From: the human T2T-CHM13v2.0 reference genome, Homo sapiens | DNA length: 64,000 nt | Strand: one strand, 5' to 3' | Assembly (NCBI RefSeq): GCF_009914755.1 | Contig: NC_060944.1 | In this document: one piece after another, positions 13,919 through 30,180 of the stretch | Numbering within the stretch: the stretch's first letter is position 1 | Layout: every line of letters begins with the position of its first letter | The notes under the pieces: generated by a model | Database searches by the model: none | Told to the model about the DNA's origin: nothing | The model's input: only the letters and a program-made list of their open reading frames with translations | Position numbers and translations under genes: made by a program

Positions 13919-14788
13919 ACGTGTTTTAAGACATCTTTGCAATTAAGGCTTTAGTGGGGTCCCAACTTTTCAAATGGTTGAGCACATCTGTTCTGAAGTC
14001 TTCAAGGAACAAACATCTTCAGTGAGATAGAGAACAGTTGCCCCTACCCTACAAGGAAACCACAGCTCTGCTTTAAAAGGAGGAAATTGTGATGTAGTGT
14101 GAAGGTTACAAGCTTTCATAGAATGTAGAACTAGATTCAAATCCTGATTCTATTATACACTAGCTCTAGGACCTTGGGCAAGATTTGTCTTCTCTTGAGT
14201 CTTAGTTTCCTCATCTGTAAAATCAGGCAAATTAGTTCTTAGATGATAAGGATGCATTTGTGAAAATTGCCTGTCAATGTGAGCTACTATTATTATAGAT
14301 GGAGAGACGGAGACCATGAAAGGGCTTGGGAGCTGTCCAGCATCAAACAGCAAGAAATGGGCAGCGCCATGCTAGAATTCAAGGGTCTGGGACCACAAAC
14401 CAGTAAACTGAAGCTAGGACACCCTCTGCCTCCCCACTCACAGAAGACCGAGTGGCTTCCTTCCTCGGAGTCACCAGGCCCATCTCGCTTATTGTACAGA
14501 TGAGAAAAGCATCTCAGAGTGGAGCAGGGATGTGAATGTGACTCCTGCACACCATCTTCCCACTTGCAGCCCCTCTCGGTGCTCTCCACACTCTCTGCAC
14601 CTCTCCATTTGATGGCATTCATGATGTACAGATTCAAATATGTTGTTGACATTCCCCCGGGCCTTCCAAGCAGGAATGTTTGCTTTGGAGGTATTGGATA
14701 GACGTGGTAAAATCAAGGGCTTTCCATCAGCTTCCTAGCTGTCCATCACCCAGTGCCACGTCTCCCCCAGCAATGGGATCACTTGCCA

Positions 14789-14873
14789 TTTATACAGTCT
14801 GCCCCCCTACAAAGTCATCGGGAATCAACCTACAGAGGCCAGAGTGTCTTGACAGCACACCAGAGAAATCCAG
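14789..14873 (+). promoter_or_regulatory. BPIFA4P: Probable BPIFA4P core promoter and non-coding exon 1
   Basis: TTTATACA at 14789-14796 lies about 85 nt upstream of the donor gaaatccag|gtaag (14873/14874). This parallels BPIFA1 exon 1 (gaagtccag|gtaag, with TATA 85 nt upstream). Confidence 0.65.
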
Positions 14874-15755
14874 GTAAGCACAAGGCAATGGCACTCTCCA
14901 ACCTGCCTCTTCATCAGATGCTGAACCAGACTAAAGCTTTTGATACATGTTACCAGTTATTACCAATTGTGTTTGGTTCTAGCACAGAACATGAAAAATC
15001 GTGGCTTCAATCATGATGAGAAGCCCAGAGTTAGGCTGGCAGAGCCTGCCATCTCCTTCCTTGGCTACCCCTAGGATGTGGCTTTCATCTTCCTGCTAGT
15101 AAGATAACTGCTGGGCTCCAGTCGTCATATCTTATATGTAATCAGGAAAAAGCAGGAGAGGAAAACAAAAGCATGCAATTTGCAGCTGGGTCAGCCACTC
15201 TAGAGAAGTTTTTAAGAAGCCCCGACCTACAATTTCCATTTATATCTCATTGATCATGCCTGGTTGCAAAGAAGGTTGGGAAAGATAATTTCTTTGTTAA
15301 GCACATTTCTTCCCTCAAAAATAAAAGGATTCTGTAAATAAAGAGGGAAGAATGGGCATGTGCCCTCGGCTCTCCAAGCTTCCGTTTCCTGCTCTGTAAA
15401 GGAAGCATGTCAATAACTGTCTCATAAGATTGGGATGTTGTAAGGAATTGGGGGACTCCTCCAACACCCAGCAGGAAAGATGCTCCCTGGCCACCCTCCC
15501 CTCCTTCAGACTGTCTGTGAGTCTTCCAAGGGTACTCACTGTCAGAACCAGGGAGGGATAAAAAGGAACTTTAATTGCAAATCCAAAATTAACTTCTATT
15601 TAGTGGCACTAGGCTAAACAATTTTCAAAATGCTTCCTGAATTCTCCTAGTAACCTTTTTGAGTGAGATGCAGATTAAAGTATAAAAAACTAAAAGACGG
15701 GAGAGCCAGGTGCTAGCCACTAACTACAGCTGGCCTTAGGAAAACTTAACCCTGA

Positions 15756-16294
<539 letters not shown>

Positions 16295-17253
16295 CTTGCC
16301 TGTGGGTTTATTATATCATATATTTTAATTTCTTGGCCTTTAGTCCCTTGGTCATTTTTTAAGCATGCATGCCTTGTAAATTTTTATTGGATGCTGAACA
16401 TGGTGGTGAAATGACATTATCTTTTTTCCAGAAACGAAGATGGCAGAAAGATAGAGCAGAAATGGATCATGACCCTGCCTAGGCTTAGCTTTGTGTTTTA
16501 TTAAGTAGAACTATTTTGGTCTTGTTCTTACTTTTAGAGGGAGACTATTTCTAGGGTGTGGCCCTTTCTCCTAGAGCACAGTGCTTTATGTCTTCACTGA
16601 GAGCTTAAGATGTGTACCAAGGTTCCTCCCATCAAAGGGGCCCCACCTCAAACTAGCGCTTCCTTCCCCAGCATCACACAGTGGATGTGCTGATGTCTCT
16701 GTTCAGCTTTTTAACTTTCACCTGCTATTTTCTGCCACATGGCTGAGAGTCCCACACTGCTAGGGTGCAGCTTAAAAAGCTGAGATTTCAAGGCTCCTTC
16801 CCTGGGGAACTTCCTCTTTGGGATTTTTGCCCCTCAAGTCCCAGCCACTCTGGTAGCCCCAAATTCCAACTTCTGTCCCCTCATCCCTGTAAGACTAGCT
16901 CTTTTTGCTTGGACCCTGGTTGACATGTTGGAAAATGACCTCAGGCAAAAGCTGGGGTGAATATGGAGCCCGCCTTGAATGATGCCTCTTTCTCAAGAAT
17001 CACGGGGTTTCAAATTGTGCCCATGTAGTTGCTCATGGATGTCCTCCTTTGTTTTTACAGATTTCCATCTCTTATAGTTGACTTTAATTGGGAGTGTTAG
17101 TCTGATGCAAGATACTCTGTCATGATCAAAACCAGAACTCTGCAGATGGAACTTGAACTTAGATTTCATAGGGACTGTGCAACCCCTCATTTGGGGTTCA
17201 GGGATAGGGTGAGAAGGATGAACACAGAGAATGCTTCGATACTTATAAAAACA

Positions 17254-17590
17254 GGCTGGGCGCGGTGGCTCACGCCTGTAATCCCAGTACTTTGGGAGGC
17301 TGACGCGGGCAGATTACCTGAGCTTAGGAGTTCACGACCAGCCTGGGCAACACGGTGAAACCCCGTCTCTACTAAAATTAAAAAAAAAAAATTAGTCGGG
17401 TGTGGTGGCTTGCGCAGAGGTTGCAGTGAGCTGAGATTGCGCCACTGCACTCCAGCCTTGGTGACAGAGCGAAACTCCATCTCAAAAACAAAACAAAACA
17501 AGACACCACACACACACACATAAACACACAAACAAACAAACACACAAAACAAACAAACAAATAAAACACACACACAAACAAACAAAAAGA
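17254..17590 (+). mobile_element. Alu with internal right-arm deletion and (CA)/(CAAA) tail
   Basis: The right arm jumps from gtggcttgc directly to gcagaggttgcagtgagc. Confidence 0.88.
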
Positions 17591-18020
17591 ACTTCAGGGT
17601 TGGTTATTCCTAGAAAATGCTTCGTGGGTTATAATGTGGCAGGTAAATGCAGAAAAACACCTAAGGATATTCCTGCCGGTGCCATCTGGGGTAAAAACAT
17701 GAAAATAGCCCAAAAGAGGAGACATTCCATGAACATCAGTCAATACATACCTTAGAAAATTCTGCAGACAAGGAGGTAGACAGTCCTGATGTACTGCTAC
17801 TTGAATAAATGCTTCTGTAGAAGCATGACAGGCCAATCCTTGTTTCTCATCATGTTACATGAATGCACGCCTATGGAAAGAAAAACTTCCAAAAAAAGAT
17901 ACAACAGAAGTTATCTCTGTGAACTGATTTTTATTTACTTTTTTCTCTTTGTGCATATCTTCACTTTCTAATTTTTCTACTTGCCTAAAAACAGATCACC
18001 CAAATTAAAATGTTAAGCCA

Positions 18021-18336
18021 GGCCAGTTGCGGTGGCTCACGCCTGTAATCCTAGCACTTTGGGAGGCCAAGTCGGATGGATCACCTGAGGTCAGGAGTTC
18101 GAAACCAGCCTGGCCAACATGGTGAAACCCCGTCTCTACCAAAAATATGAAAAAATTAGCTGAGCGTGGTGGTGGATGCCTGTGATCCCAGCTACTTGGG
18201 AGGCGAGGCAGGAGAATTGCTTGATACCAAGAGGCGGAGGTTGCAGTGAGCCGAGATCACACCACACCGCACTCCAGCCTGGGAAACAGAGTGAAACTCT
18301 GTCTCAAAATAAATAAATAAATAAATAAAATAAAAT
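18021..18336 (+). mobile_element. Alu
   Basis: Dimer with (TAAA)n tail. Imperfect TSD aaaatgttaagcca / aaaatgctaaacca. Confidence 0.92.
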
Positions 18337-21300
18337 AAAATGCTAAACCAAATGGGTTATGAATTTACATGAGAATAGTGACCAGGGACTGGGCTGAGAG
18401 TCTGCTTGGAATCTGTCAAGTGTCGAAGGAGAGAATCGGTCCCTACCAGCCTTTACCTGTTAGTCTCAGGTCCTAATGGGACCATTTGCACTGGCATTTG
18501 GTTGAAGTCCCAGGAAGCCACACGAACATCTTCATGCACCTCCTTTCCAGGAGGTGTGGAGGGTGTGTCAAGATCCCGAGGGCCACTCCTAGCCCAGGGA
18601 GTGTGCCATTCAAGCGGGCACAGTAAATGGTCCTACAGTGTCCACATACTCCAGCCCTGGTCCCTCAGCCTGGGCCCTTCTTGTCTGTGCTGTGGAGCCT
18701 ACTCTCTCCCATCAGCTCAGGGAGGTAAGCCCTTGAAAATGTCAAGTGAAAATCATGATCATAATGATGCATTAGTACAGTGGTGACCATTTGTGAAGCA
18801 CTTACAATGTGCAAGGTACTGTGCTAAGTGCTTACGACAAGAGCAAGAGGAAGGTATGAGTTTGGATCCTCTGCATCTTCCAGATGAGGAAAGCCTAAGG
18901 TATCCAGCAAGTAGGTGGCAGAGCTGGGATTCCATCCCAGGTCTGTCTGTCTCTGAAGCCAGGGCATATCACCACCACCATTTTGCTGTAAAATGAGGAT
19001 AGTGTGTCCTGCATAACATCGTGTGGTGAAGCAACTTGCACTAAATCCCACAATCCCACAGCTGCTAACAGGTGGGGGTCTTCAGAGACCATTGTCATAA
19101 CTCTAACATTATGCAGCCTCTCGCAGCAGCCATGAGCAGCCCTGCTGGGGAAGGCAGTGTCCCTGCGGGAAAAACCGTATGTCCAGCTTTTGGGCATAAA
19201 TACAGGTTGTGTGGCCTTGGGCAAGTGACTTCATCTCTTGGACCCTCCCTTTCTTGCTCTAAACTATGAGGAAAAGCAGGTCCCTCCCTGAGCCTCAGTA
19301 GACCCATCTGTAAAATGGACATAGGTGAATGGGTCCATATGAGTTCTGTGGCCACTTCAGATCTGAGCTCTGGGAAGACCCTCTGAGAAAGTGTCCTTGC
19401 AAATGACCTCTTTGCCCTGATCCTCCACAGGGACCTGACCGAAGATGCTGAATGTCTCCGGCCTCTTTGTTCTCCTCTGTGGGCTGCTTGTCTCATCCTC
19501 TGCACAGGAGGTCCTGGCTGGAGTTTCTTCCCAGCTCCTTAATGGTGAGACTGTCCTGCTTTGGGTCATGCAGAACCCTGAGCCAATGCCAGTTAAGTTC
19601 TCATTAGCAAAGTACCTGGGACACAATGAACACTATTAATTATTAGCCGTCCTGACTGCAACATCGTTTAATCCTCATTTTCCGAGCACCCCCTCTTTCC
19701 TGTCTCCTTGCTGTGCTTTATCTATCAAGACCCACCATCAAAGGAACCAGCTCTATATGGACTGGTCCCTGTCGCAGCCTTTGTACCTGCTGTTTCCTCT
19801 GCCTGGGACACTCTTCCCCTACCTGTCAACCTAGCTGCCTCCCTTCCTTCAGGTCTCTGCTCAAATGCCACATTTGCAGAAAGCCCTTCCTTGACCTCCT
19901 GCGTAAATGAATCCCTCACCCTGCCTTTTGTTTTTTCATCATAGGATGGACTGATATCTAGCGGCATGGTCATCGTGGTTAAAACATTGAAATTTTGGGG
20001 TATACTATTTGTGAAGTATTTCCTGCTTAGAGACTCTCCAGGTGCCCGCCATTGCCCCAACCATCCCAGCTTCACCCCCAGAACTCTAGCTTCCCCATGA
20101 ACGAAACAACTATGGAGTTAACACCTGGCACAGCCCGGGGAGCCCAGGACCTGGATCCAGAGCTATGACCAGTGCCCCTGTTGAGCTCATTGCTAAATAC
20201 TTTGAAACCAACCCCTTCACAGCACTTGTTTGCACCGGAATCCTGCCTGTCCCTTTATTCTCCACTTTTTCGTCTGTCTCTCCTCAGTCCTGTAAGAATG
20301 CCAGCTCCATCAGGGTGGTGCCCAGGGTGGTGAACAGACTGGGTGCATGGCCTGGGTGCATAGTAGGCCCCTGTGAATATTTGCTGGATGATTATGTCTA
20401 GAACTTGGCCCACAGTCCAGCAAGCCAGAAATAGCTGAACAACAAGTCAGAGCCACATAGGGGACATGCTCGGAGGTCAAGGTTGTATCTGAGGATCTTT
20501 GGCATCTAAATGTCTACTTGGGTTTGGGAGTGGGGCATTCTTTACAGATTTGACTCAAGGACTCCTCAGGGCAGACTTTCTTCCCAGCCTGCAGACAACT
20601 GGCCTCCAGAAACCATTGAGTAGTGCCTTCGATGGTGTATCAGGCCTCCTGGACATCTTTGGACCTCCACTCACCAATGAGATCAACACTGTTAGGTGAG
20701 TGGTCTCTGATCACCAACCACCCCCAGTCCAGGCTGTCCTGGTTTGTTGGATTGTTAGAGCTCTCCCCACATTTCCTGACCTCACAGAGGCCCTTCCCTT
20801 GCAAAGAGCCTTTCCAACTCTGATGGCCTGAGATCCCCTGGTTGGGAGAAACTCCCACCGCGGGAGGCTAGGGGAGAGGCTAAAGACACAGGGGTTCAGT
20901 CCCCTTGTCTGGGAAGAGGATGGCTGCTCACCAGCTGTAACAGCATCACCCATCTCCCCCTTTCTCTAAGCCTCAACATCTGCCCTGTTCAATGGGGAAT
21001 AATAGCTTCTAACCCCATAGGGCTGTTGTGAACATTAAGTGAAATAATATGTGTAAAATGTTTGCACATCCTCCTCTCCTCAGTGAGCATCCAATCACAG
21101 GTAATAAACAACAACAGGAAGAATGTGGTAATCCTAACACTAGATGATGCTGAGCTTTAGGGTTAGACTGGCCATCAGAATATAGAAGACCTGGGTCCCT
21201 TGCCTCACAAGCATCTTAAACTCAACATGTCCAAAACTCAACTGCTGACTCATACCTTCATCCCTGCCACAACCTGTGCCTCCCCCTGCCCAGCCCATCT

Positions 21301-21757
21301 TACCTAATGACAACTCCATCCATCCAGTTGCTCTGGCCAAAAATCATGATGTCCTCCCTGGCTCCTCTGTCTCCTTTGTACCTGCTTCCAGCCTGTTGCC
21401 AAACCCTCCCTGTCACTTCTGCCTTTAAATCATACCCAGGCATCTCACCACTTTTTTTTTCCATCTCTGGTGGTCTGAGCCACCATTATCTCCCCGCTTG
21501 ACTTACAGCCCCAGATTATTCTGCTTCCACCCACCAGCCCTCATCTCCTCCATTCTGTTCTGCCAGTATCCAGAAAAATCTTTCTAAGAAGTGGAGCTGA
21601 CCCTGTAACTCCCTTGTCCAAACCCTCCGATGTGTTCTCTTCGCCCTCAGAACCAAGCCCAAAGTTCTTACCACTGGCCCTCAAGGCTCCACACAATCTG
21701 GCCCTGGCTACCTCGCTCACCTCTTCTACTAGTCTCGCATCACTCTCTGCCTGCTAG

Positions 21758-22207
<450 letters not shown>

Positions 22208-24186
22208 TTGCTCTGTCTTAAACCTGTCCTTTCCTTCTCCTGGCTATCTGCATGACTCATTCTCACTTCATTCGTGACTCTGCCCAAACATCACCTCCTA
22301 TGATAAACCTTCCCTGACTACCCTGTCTGAAATTCCACTCTTCCCAATATTACCTTCCATCTTCCTGATCCTGTAGGGCCTTTTTTTTCACGGTGCCTAT
22401 CACTTTCTATATGTATTTATTTACTGGATTTATTCTCCTATACATATATACCTGCTCCAAGCATCTGCTATATATGGCTTTCAGTTTTATTCACTCGTTG
22501 ATTTCAGCCTGCTTGGTGCTGGGCAAAGTGCTGAACGTGATTATTCTGAGATACAGCAAGGTAAGAGCTTCTTTTTGCTCAGGGATATATTCCCCGTGCT
22601 TATAACACATAGTAACTTTGCAATAAACTACCTGGTTAATGAATGAGTACTGATCTTTGCATATATTCAGCTTCTTCTCTGCAAGGGACCTGCCATTGCA
22701 CAAAGTGAGGTCCACCTGCAGCAGGAGCCACAGCCTCCCTGTGTTGTGTTGTTTCTTCACCCAGCATACAGGTGAAAAATCCTCAACTCCTCCATGTCTC
22801 CATCGAGAGCACCCCTCAAAGAAAGGAGGCCACTGTACAAGTACCATTCACGTCTGAGTTGATTGTGCAGTAAGTCACAGCTATGGGTCTTGCAGTCTCC
22901 ATTGGCTTTTGCATAGGAGTCGGGGGATGTGGGCAGATCCCTAACCAAAGGGCTCAGCGACGGACTCACTGTGTGGTTAGAGCAAAACATCCACCCTCTC
23001 TGGGCCTGAGTCGCCCCATGTGTAGAATGAGAGGCCTGCAGAACACTTGAGTGCTCCAAGCTTGGGGCCTCTCTGGGGAAAGCAGATTTCCTCGCCCGAC
23101 CTCATCCAGACAGCCCCCACCTTCATTTATTTGGACTTTATGAGTTCTCTTAGTTCTGATTGAATGTAACTGAAGACAAGAGCAAAGAATCACCTCTGGA
23201 CCCCAATTCCGTGGCACTATTGCCTAGAGATCACCCCAGGGGCTGCATCTGACCCACTGATATATTTTGTCTGGTTTGCATGGTGCATCTGCAGAGGCCA
23301 CGCATTCTCCAGTTCACCACAGCCTTTACCGCTCCCTGTGAAACTAATTGCCCATCTGCTTCATTCATTTCCATTTCAAGCCTGGCCATCAAGGCAATGG
23401 AGTTTGAGACTCTAGAAAAGGACTTTCCAAGGTCAGATGCAGTTTCTCAGTTTTGATAAGATGTCATACTTAGAATCAACATTTTCCTTCCTAACTGTCC
23501 CCAGAGCCAGAGGTAGCAAGTATTAGTTAGACTCCCTGAGTGCAGAACCCTCTGACTTAGCCACTGGCTGGATGCATGACTTGGAGAAAGCCATTCCCAT
23601 TCTCCAGGACTGAATGGCCTCTTTTGAAAAATGAGAAAATGACCTTAACAGGGTGGTTTTGAAGAACCCTAGTTCTAGAAACAAATGAGGATGTAGTAAG
23701 CTCTGAGCTTCTCCCCGACCTGCCTTACCTCTTCCCTCCTACAGGCTCCTGACCATGAAGCCCTTCACAGCTAATATGCAGTCAGATATAAAAGTCCAGA
23801 TTCATTTGGAGAAGAATGTAGGTGGCAGATATGAGCTTGCCTTTGGGAACTGCAGGCTCTTGCCCGAGGCTATTTGGATCCAAACTGGAGTCCAGTGAGT
23901 TCTCAATCTGTCTTTCTCTGTGTCCAGCTGGTTATGATGACGTCCCCAGTGAGATTTCACCTGAAAGATGTCACCAGAAAAACAATACCCTACCAAATTA
24001 GGCTTTTGTGTGTATAGTGATGTGTGTATAATAAATAGGACTTTCTGTGTCTTTAAAATTTTGCTTTTTACAAAAGTAATAATTCTATCGACATGAAAAG
24101 AGACTTACCAAATAGTACTAAGCAAAAAAAAAAAAAAAAAGAAGGATTGCTTGGCCATTTGTTGATAGATTATTTCTAAACTTTTG

Positions 24187-24475
24187 GGCTAACCAGGTGG
24201 CTCATCTGTAATCTCAGTACTTTGGGAGGTCGAGGCAGGTGGATAGCTTGAGCCCAGGAGTTCAAGACCAGCCTGGGCAACATGGCAAAACCCTGTCTAT
24301 ACAAAAAATACAAAAATTAGCCAGGTGTTGTGGCAGGCACCTATAGTCTCAGCTACTAGGGAGGCTGAGGTAGGAGGATCACTTGAGCCCAAGAGGTTGA
24401 GGCTGCGGTGAGCCATAAGCATGCCACTGCACTCCAGCCGGGGCAACAAGCAAGACCCTGTCTCAAAAAAATTAA
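24187..24475 (+). mobile_element. Alu (AluJ-like)
   Basis: gagcccaggagttcaagaccagcctgggcaac and ggatcacttgagccc diagnostics. Confidence 0.88.
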
Positions 24476-25090
24476 ATTAATTCAAAAGATAAACATTTGC
24501 TAACATAAATAACCCAGAACATTTTGATACAGGAAACTTTTCCAAAATAAAATTACGTTCTTATTGTAGATTTTTAAGATTATTCCAAACGTATACACAG
24601 TTCTACAACTTCTAAGTTTTAAGGCACTGCCAAACCACTCAACAAATGCCTTACCAATGGAACTGAAGCAAGTGGCATGTCTGTAGCCGACATTCGGCAG
24701 TTTTGTCCCATATACAATCAATCCCAATTATTCTCTTTTTCACAACATTTATTCTTTTATACATACATACCTTCCCCAAGTATCTCTATAGATGGCTCTC
24801 AGTCTTACTCATTCATTTATTTCAGCCTGCTTGGTGCTGGGAAAAGTGCTGAATATGATTATTCTGAGGTATGTTAAGACAAGATCTTCTTTTCACTAGG
24901 AGGAAAATCCCACGAATGCTATTGTTTTCATTACCTTGTCTACCAGTAGAAAAGAATTTCATCATTTCTTAGTCTCTGATATTTCCTCTTCAGAGAAACT
25001 GTCTTCAGAGGTTTTGCCCTTTTATTAATTAGAGTTTTAGTGTTTACTTCTAAATTTATAATTTCTTTTTAAAAATCTTCTTTGTAAATA

Positions 25091-25425
<335 letters not shown>

Positions 25426-27503
25426 TAGCTGAATCCAGTGGTCATCACCAGTCCATTTTCTATCCTGTCTTCTTCTTATTTTGATTCATCTCAGTTGCTC
25501 ACTCTTTCAGGAAAGATCTGGGTGTGGAATGCTTTCTGCACCCTTGCACACCTGGTCCTGTCCTCCTGACATGCTCAAACATAAGTGAGAACCAGACCAG
25601 ATTCACAGCCCATCTCCCCTTCTGAAAACTCTGCAAATACCTCTCTCTCCCATGATATACTAAAGAAAATGTCCCTCTTTTGCAAGGAATTTGAGACCTC
25701 AGGTTGGAAGCAGTAGATCGTAGCTGATTTCTATGCAAACTCTTTAAGAAATAAAGACATAAACCCTTTGCCTGAGAATAAAACAGATTTACCCTCACAT
25801 GTTAAGGATTAGGGACTGAGTCAGGAACACAGAACACAAGGACACCTTTATGCTATTTCCTGCTTCTTTCTCCTTTCTCCCAATTAAAGAACGATGTTAC
25901 ACTGTTCCTTCCATGAAAGCATTGGCCCTCTGGCAGAGGAGATAAGTTCTACTGTAGCATCAGGTAATCAGAGAAATGGGAAAGTGAGAAGGAAGGAGAG
26001 AACTGAGAATTGGCTAGGATGGTCAAGAAGAGCTTTCTGGAGGAAACCAGTTGGCCGGGCCTAGCAAAGTGATAGAATTTGAAGAAGGCATCTCCAGAGG
26101 GAGATGCAAAATAGTCACAGAAAACATAATGGTGAGTAACAATGATAAGGGCAAGGTGATTTAAATTGGAAGATTAATTTTAAAGAACCCTAGAGTGTGG
26201 ATTGGAGCGGTAGGACACAGCTGGGTGATGGAATGCCATGGAAACAAGGAGTAGACTTGAAGAAGTTCACGGGCATTGAGCAAAGAAGTGATAGGGATAA
26301 AGGAGAGTCTGAGAGAAGTTAATCTGTTCTGCATATTTTCTGCCTCTTCATTTAGACTCGCCCCAGCGCAAAATTTGTTGTGGCAAACATAGAGAGAAAC
26401 CTGAAAAACATAGTAGCCCATGATCTGGGATGAAAAGTAAGTATGCAAACCCAGATTACTTCCATTTTTGAGCTGAGACTCAAAGCATGGGGGAGGTTGG
26501 ATCTTCTTAATGAAGTGGGAAGAAATCTTCCAGGAAGGAAAGTTAGAGAGAGATGGAGTGGCATCTGTTAAGTTTCCATTCTGCAATCAGGCACTGGTGA
26601 AGTATTTTACAGACATTATTTAATTATTTAGGTCAAAGTCAGCATCCATATGACCAGAAGTAAGTAGATAAATCTCCCCAAAACTCAGTTTCCTTATCTG
26701 TAAGATGGAGATAAGTAATCACAAAATTAACATTCACTAAGCACGCAAACACTGTGCTAAGTATCTGAAATGAATTTTCTTATCTCATCCTCCAAACAAT
26801 CTCATACTCCAGGTAACAATATCATCTTCATTTTCCAGATTTAAGTTCCAGAGAAGGCCAATGACTTACTCAAGTCATAGAGCTACCAAGTGGCCGAGCT
26901 GGCTTATGACCCTAGGGCAGTCTGCCCCCAAAACCCATCTACTTGGTTGTCCCCAGAATGGGTTGGCTTGGGAGAACTTGCCTTGCTCACTCCCATTTAG
27001 ACTTTATTAGTGGAGCCCTCCTCTTGACTTTTGCCTATTTCCTTGTCTTTCAGGTGTGCCCTGTGATTAATAAATGGCTCTACAACCTGGACCAGCATGT
27101 GGTTAAAGAGTTGATTAGTAAGTGCTGGAGGTGGGAAGGGACAGGAACACTCCAGAAGAAAGCTCAGAACCCTCCCTCACCCTTTGTATTTCATTTCCCC
27201 TTACCTCACTCTGGCACTTCTCCTAGACCAAAAATCTCTTTCCTGCTGAAGTAGAATGGTCCCTAATAATAACAACCTTAATAATAAACTCAGCTGACAT
27301 TAACTGAGGGAGCCCAGTGTGCCAACATGAAGCACTGTGCCTGCACTAGCAATTGAACGTGCACCTTTAGCTAAGGACGTGCTGGTTTCAATTCTATTCT
27401 TGCTCCCAAAGCCTAGAGCAGCTGAGATATGAATGGAAACTTCTCCAGGGGAGAAAATCTGCCCAATTCTGCCTTTGTCCTCCCCTAAATTTGTATGAGT
27501 TAA

Positions 27504-28153
<650 letters not shown>

Positions 28154-30180
28154 AGTACTCACTACTTATGAGGTAGGAAGCTTGAGGCAACTAATCTGGA
28201 TGAGCCTAAAAACTCCCAAAGCTTGTGTTCCCGGGCCCACTCAAATGAATGGGACAGCTCAACCAACACCTTCGCTCTACTATGGGCCATCACTTCAGAG
28301 AGATGGCCAGGTGAATGGAGACTCCGGCTGCAGCAATGGCACCTTTCTCCACTGTCTCATTCCAATGTAGGAGCTCTTAAGTGATTAGCTTGGGAAGAAG
28401 TGGTTGTTCCCAATCTGTAGATAAGGAAACCAAGATCCAAGAACTTTAAGCAATTTATCCAGGATTACTTAGTAAAAAATAATAACAATAAAAGCTAAAT
28501 GCATATTAAGTGCTTTACTATGTGCCAGGCTCTTTGCAGACTTTATATATGTTAATTTGATCTGTCCATACAACTCCGTGAACTAGGTATTATCACTATC
28601 TTCATTTTAAAGATGAGGAAACAGAAACAAAGGAAGATCAAAATGTTTGCCCATATTTCCATGGAAGAAAATGTCAGAGCCAGAGTGAACCCGCATCCTC
28701 CAGCTACAGAGCCCACACTGGTAGTCACTGTACTGCATGGATAAAGAACTGTCAGTTAAATCATACAAGACAGCCAGTGACAAATAAGAGCTTCCAGCCT
28801 CAGCCTTCTGTCTCCACACCTTGGGCTCATTTCTCATCCCCATTCTGCTCCCAGTGCTGCTCCAAGGGGGAAACTTCCCTGGCCTCTCTGATCCTCCACC
28901 ACCCCCACAGTCTGAGTATCTCTTTTGCATTCTAGATCTGGTCCTGCTGCAGGAAAAGTACCAAGTCACCATCTAAATGTCCCCAAAGTGAAGAAGCTAT
29001 GTGTGTATCAATCCGGTGAGAAACCAGAGCATGTTTCCATTGCTTAGTGATGACCTTTGGCCTTTAGGGTCATTATAAGTGTGTTATTCATTCATTTGTT
29101 AAATTTTAGTTAAGCCCCTACTATATGCTAGACTCTATTCCACATGTTAGGAATACAGCAGTGAACAAGATGGACAAGGAATCTGATTTCCTGGAGCTTG
29201 TATTCTAGTTGGGAATACTAACAGTGAATAAGGAAATAAATATATAGTCAACTAAATTCCAGAGGATGGTGGGTATTCAGAAGAAAACAAAGTAGGAGGA
29301 TGTGGGCAAAAGTAACTGGGGTGGGGGCAGAGAGAGAGACATCAAATTAATACAGTCAGACAGAGGCTCTTTGGGGAACAAAGGGACAATTCAGCTGAGC
29401 CCTGAATGATAAGGCAGAAGGAGTTGTGCCAAGACCCAGGAGAAAAGTATCACAAGCAAGAGGATGAACATGTGCAAAGTCCCTGAGGCAGAAATGAATG
29501 AACTTGCCTTTTTGAAGTAAAGAAAGGAGGCCGTCGTGGGCTGGAGTGTGTAGGGAGCTCAGTTGTAGGAGACATCTTTACAAGAGTGATATTTGGCAGA
29601 GAAAAGGAAGGGAGTTTCTATAAAAGGAGATATCATTATTCATTCATTTATCATGTATGTATTTGCAACTCTTCAGTGCTGAATACACTCTGCTCAGGTG
29701 TCACCATCTCAAGTCTCTCAAAAATGGCACATCCACCACTCTCTTCCCTGCTTTACTTTTCTTCATACCACTCATTATTATTTGACTTCCTACTATATTA
29801 TATGTATCTTTTCTCTCCACCTCTTAAAAGAATGTAGACCTCATGAAGTCAGGGACTTTATCTATTCCCTGTTTTATCCCAAGTTCCAGGATTACAAAAA
29901 TGAATCACACTTGGCCCCTGACCTCAAGAGCTCCCAGCCTAGCGAGAGATAAAACAAATAAATCGGCAATTTCATGTGCATTGAGGTGCTCAGTTAAGGT
30001 TCTATGGAAGTAGAGAGGCAAGACCCAGTAGCCAGGGGACTTCCAGGAGACTTTGCAGAAAAGGCAAGATTTAAACTGGGTATTGAAAAATGATAAAGAC
30101 TCACTTTGTGGGAAAAGACATTATAAGCAGAGGATACAGCATGTGCAAGTACACAGAAGCAGGAAAGGGTCTGATGCTTT

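Noticed and set aside
26943-27254. 103-aa ORF containing VCPVINKWLYNLD
   Set aside because: It is BPIFA4P exon 7 read through its flanking introns, not an independent gene.
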